Shown in pieces: positions 46,219 through 48,658 of a DNA stretch of 48,658 nt. Within the stretch, counting starts at the first letter, position 1. Each line of letters starts with the position of its first letter. Origin of the DNA: an uncultured Bacteroides sp. (GTDB taxonomy: Bacteria; Bacteroidota; Bacteroidia; Bacteroidales; Muribaculaceae); assembly GCA_964401095.1 (NCBI GenBank), contig CAYNXG010000001.1, positions 1-48,658 of the forward strand, in the 5' to 3' direction. A model generated the notes under the pieces. The model saw only the letters and a list, made by a program, of their open reading frames with translations, did not search any database and was not told where the DNA came from. The position numbers and the translations under genes are program-made.

Positions 46219-46233
46219 CCTTGGATTACGGTT

Positions 46234-47649
46234 TTATGTTTTGCGCAGGCGGGCCACCGGTATGTCGAGGCGCTTGCGGTATTTGGTTACGGTACGTCGG
46301 GCCACGTCGAGGCCGCGGCTGCGCAGCAGGGCGCAGATTTCGTCGTCGCTCAGGGGCGCGGTCTTGTCCTCTTCGTCGACGATGCGGCGCAGGGCCTGCT
46401 CTACGGCGCCGCCCGAGAGGTCGGCGGTGGAGCTGGCGCTCTCGCTGAACAGGCTGCGGAGACCTACCACGCCGCGGGGCGTCATGACATATTTCGTGGC
46501 CGTGGCGCGTGATATGACGCTGAGGTCGAGGCCGGTGGCGGCGGCCACGTCGCGCAGCACCATGGGGCGCAGGTCGGCGCGGTCGAAGGTGTGGAAAAAT
46601 TCGGGCTGAAGCTTCACGATGGCCTTCATGACGGCCATGAGCGTGTCGTAGCGGCGGTTGGAGAGCGATATGAATTCGAGGGCCTCGTTGCGACGCAGCT
46701 TCACAAACTCGTTGGCGTTGGGATTGTCGATGCTGAAGCTCTCGCTTACAGCCAGGCGCGGGCGCGTGCCGGCCATGGACACGGTGTAGCGTCCGTCCGA
46801 GTCGATGTCTACGGTGAAGTCGGGGGTGATGTGGCGCATGCGATCGTCAATGCCGGCGTTTTCCAGCAGTGTGCCGGGCTTGGGATTGAGCGAGCGTATG
46901 ACACGCGTGGCCTCGTCGAGGCGCGGGCGCGATATTTTCAGGGCCTCGCACACACGGTCGTAGTGGTGGTTGGCATAGTTGGCAAACTGTTTGTCGATAA
47001 TCTCGCGGGCGGTGTCGGCGGCCTCAGAGCGCGGCAGGCGGCGCAGCTGCAGCAGCAGGCAGTCGCGCAGGTCGCGGGCGCCTATTCCGGCGGGTTCGAG
47101 CTCTCTCACCACCTCTATGAGGCGGTTCAGCTCGTCGGGGTCGGCGTCGATGCCGCTGCCCGTCGCTATGTCGTAGGCAATGTCGTCGGCCGAGCGTGTG
47201 AGATAGCCGTTCGAGTCGATGTTGCCGATGATATATGCGGCCAGCTCGCGGCTGCGCGGGGGCAGGTCGAGGTCGGCCAGCTGGCTCTCGAGCGATGCCA
47301 CGCCGGCGGTGTCGGGCGCGGCGGCCTCGGGGATGTAGACCGCGTCGTCGGCCGAGCGGTTGGAGATACGTGTGCGGTAGTCGGGGACATCCTCGTCCGA
47401 GCGATAGTCGGCGCGGACCAGGTCGTCGGCCGTTTCGGTGAAGGTGCGGCCTTCATCGTCGGTGTCGTGCGCTGCGGCGTCGCGACTGTCATCGGTCTCG
47501 AGGGCCGGATTTTCCTCGAGGGCGCGTTCCATGGCCTCGTCAAACTCCGGCGCCGACATCTCGAGCATGCGGCCGAAGCGCACCTGATGCGGACTCAGGC
47601 GCAGCGATAGCTGCTGTTGCTGGTTGAGTGTCTGTGACTGCCGGGCCAT
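46234..47649 (-). CDS. rpoN: RNA polymerase sigma-54 factor
   Basis: Gln/Leu-rich N-terminus, ENPALE, PAGIGARDLRDCLLLQL, PLSDDEI, and the RpoN box ARRTVTKYR. Confidence 0.95.
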   Translation of the reverse strand: MARQSQTLNQQQQLSLRLSPHQVRFGRMLEMSAPEFDEAMERALEENPALETDDSRDAAAHDTDDEGRTFTETADDLVRADYRSDEDVPDYRTRISNRSADDAVYIPEAAAPDTAGVASLESQLADLDLPPRSRELAAYIIGNIDSNGYLTRSADDIAYDIATGSGIDADPDELNRLIEVVRELEPAGIGARDLRDCLLLQLRRLPRSEAADTAREIIDKQFANYANHHYDRVCEALKISRPRLDEATRVIRSLNPKPGTLLENAGIDDRMRHITPDFTVDIDSDGRYTVSMAGTRPRLAVSESFSIDNPNANEFVKLRRNEALEFISLSNRRYDTLMAVMKAIVKLQPEFFHTFDRADLRPMVLRDVAAATGLDLSVISRATATKYVMTPRGVVGLRSLFSESASSTADLSGGAVEQALRRIVDEEDKTAPLSDDEICALLRSRGLDVARRTVTKYRKRLDIPVARLRKT

Positions 47650-47668
47650 GGTGTTGATTTTGTGCCGG

Positions 47669-47700
47669 CAAAGGTACGAATTTTTCTAATCTTTGCCAAA
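47669..47700 (-). promoter_or_regulatory. Consensus promoter of the rpoN operon
   Basis: Minus strand: TTTG (47700-47697), 20 nt, then TACCTTTG (47676-47669). The -33 element lies inside the upstream gene's last codons. Confidence 0.65.
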
Positions 47701-48039
47701 AAGACCTTTTATGCGGTCGGAAATAGAGGGATTGAGTTCTTTGAGGTGTACGGATACCTTTGTCGACTTCTTGTTCAGGAAAATAATCGATGAATGCAGC
47801 ACAATGGCCGTCCACTCTTCAAAAGGCACTATGGCATGGATATGTGCCAGCGGGATAGACCTGAAAATGGAGCGTTCATCTACCGTGCCGATTATGAGCC
47901 TTCCCGATTCTATATCTACGTTGATGTCATGCAAGACGCCTACAGAGTCGAAAAGCAGGGCGATATCAAGACAATCAATGCTTTTGGCACGCTTGGGATA
48001 TTTTTTATAAAGTGTCTGTATGACTTCTTTGGTTATCAT
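47686..48039 (-). CDS. Hypothetical protein, 117 aa
   Basis: Clean ORF co-oriented with its neighbours, with an AT-rich upstream region. No family recognised. Confidence 0.75.
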   Translation of the reverse strand: MITKEVIQTLYKKYPKRAKSIDCLDIALLFDSVGVLHDINVDIESGRLIIGTVDERSIFRSIPLAHIHAIVPFEEWTAIVLHSSIIFLNKKSTKVSVHLKELNPSISDRIKGLFGKD

Positions 48040-48185
48040 GACGGTCGTTGGGAACGTGGATTAATAATAAAACGGGTATAATGTGGCGAACGGTAAGACA
48101 ATCTGTAAAGAATGTGGTAGCCTTTATCTTTATAACTTATGCGGCGCGTAAAAGTTCGGCCGCGGGGCGGCGATAGTTAAAAAAA

Positions 48186-48216
48186 CTCCTCCACCGCTGC
48201 GGTGAGCGGGGAGGAG
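48186..48216 (-). terminator. Intrinsic terminator of the decarboxylase beta gene
   Basis: CTCCTCC-A-CCGCT pairs with AGCGG-GGAGGAG, followed by T7 on the minus strand (48185-48179). Confidence 0.75.
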
Positions 48217-48234
48217 CAGGAATTTTCAGGATGT

Positions 48235-48657
48235 TCACGCAAGGAATCCGAGGAGGACACCCGCGGCGACAGCCGAGCCGATGACGCCGGCCACGTTGGG
48301 GCCCATGGCATGCATGAGCAGATAGTTGGACGGGTCGTACTCGAGGCCGAGGTTGTTGGAAATTCGCGCCGACATGGGCACGGCCGATACGCCGGCGTTG
48401 CCGATGAGCGGGTTGATTTTCTTTTCCTTGGGCAGGAGCAGGTTGAACAGCTTGACGAAGAGCACGCCGCTCGACGAGGCGATCACGAATGCCATGAAGC
48501 CCAGGAAGAAGATAAAGATGGTCTGGGCGGTGAGGAATTGCGATGCCTGTGTGGAAGCGCCCACGGTCATGCCGAGCAGGATGGTGACGATGTCGGTGAG
48601 GGCGTTCGACGCAGTCTTGGCCAGGCGAGTGGTCACGCCGCATTCACGCAACAGGTT
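48235..48657 (-). CDS. Sodium-translocating decarboxylase beta subunit (OadB/MmdB/GcdB family), 3' part; 5' end outside the window
   Basis: [45 protein letters not shown]. Confidence 0.93.
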   Translation of the reverse strand, partial: NLLRECGVTTRLAKTASNALTDIVTILLGMTVGASTQASQFLTAQTIFIFFLGFMAFVIASSSGVLFVKLFNLLLPKEKKINPLIGNAGVSAVPMSARISNNLGLEYDPSNYLLMHAMGPNVAGVIGSAVAAGVLLGFLA

Positions 48658-48658
48658 G

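Noticed and set aside
11389-47610. Many long antisense or overlapping ORFs in the ORF track (e.g. 20626-23700 1024 aa, 11929-13317, 31641-33341, 24181-25341)
   Set aside because: They are shadows of well-supported genes. High GC3 codon bias suppresses stops on other frames, and the translations are low-complexity (R/G/A/H-rich) with no family motifs.

Overview
Bacteroidales chromosomal window, probably Muribaculaceae-like. This is inferred from the TAnnTTTG promoters, the GC-rich core genes and a protein with a T9SS-type C-terminus. It has two parts. (1) Positions ~1-9900 are an AT-rich, partly decayed defence-type island (spot count 20/60 G+C at 2941-3000, visibly lower than the core). It holds a 5'-truncated type III restriction Res remnant and an intact, tightly coupled four-gene operon: a NERD nuclease fused to an Rsm22-like SAM methyltransferase, a minimal SF1/UvrD-like helicase, a 749-aa unknown protein and a DUF1848 radical-SAM-like protein. 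These are followed by a nonsense-disrupted AlbA_2/HATPase gene, an XRE regulator and a highly structured ~300-nt non-coding segment. The four-gene operon is the best candidate for an undescribed anti-phage or nucleic-acid-modifying system. (2) Positions ~10000-48658 are mostly core genes: ychF, an ECF sigma factor, lgt, transporters, an RND pump, a DEAD-box helicase, an addA-like gene, a small glycan operon, padR-pspC, ispG, purE, rpoN and a decarboxylase beta subunit. Oddities here are a HipB/HipS-like antitoxin pair whose kinase toxin is reduced to about 10 codons, an orphan host-like holin and an unannotated 53-aa ORF. No tRNA, rRNA, CRISPR array, integrase or transposase was seen. All family assignments come from recognising motifs by eye; no searches were run.
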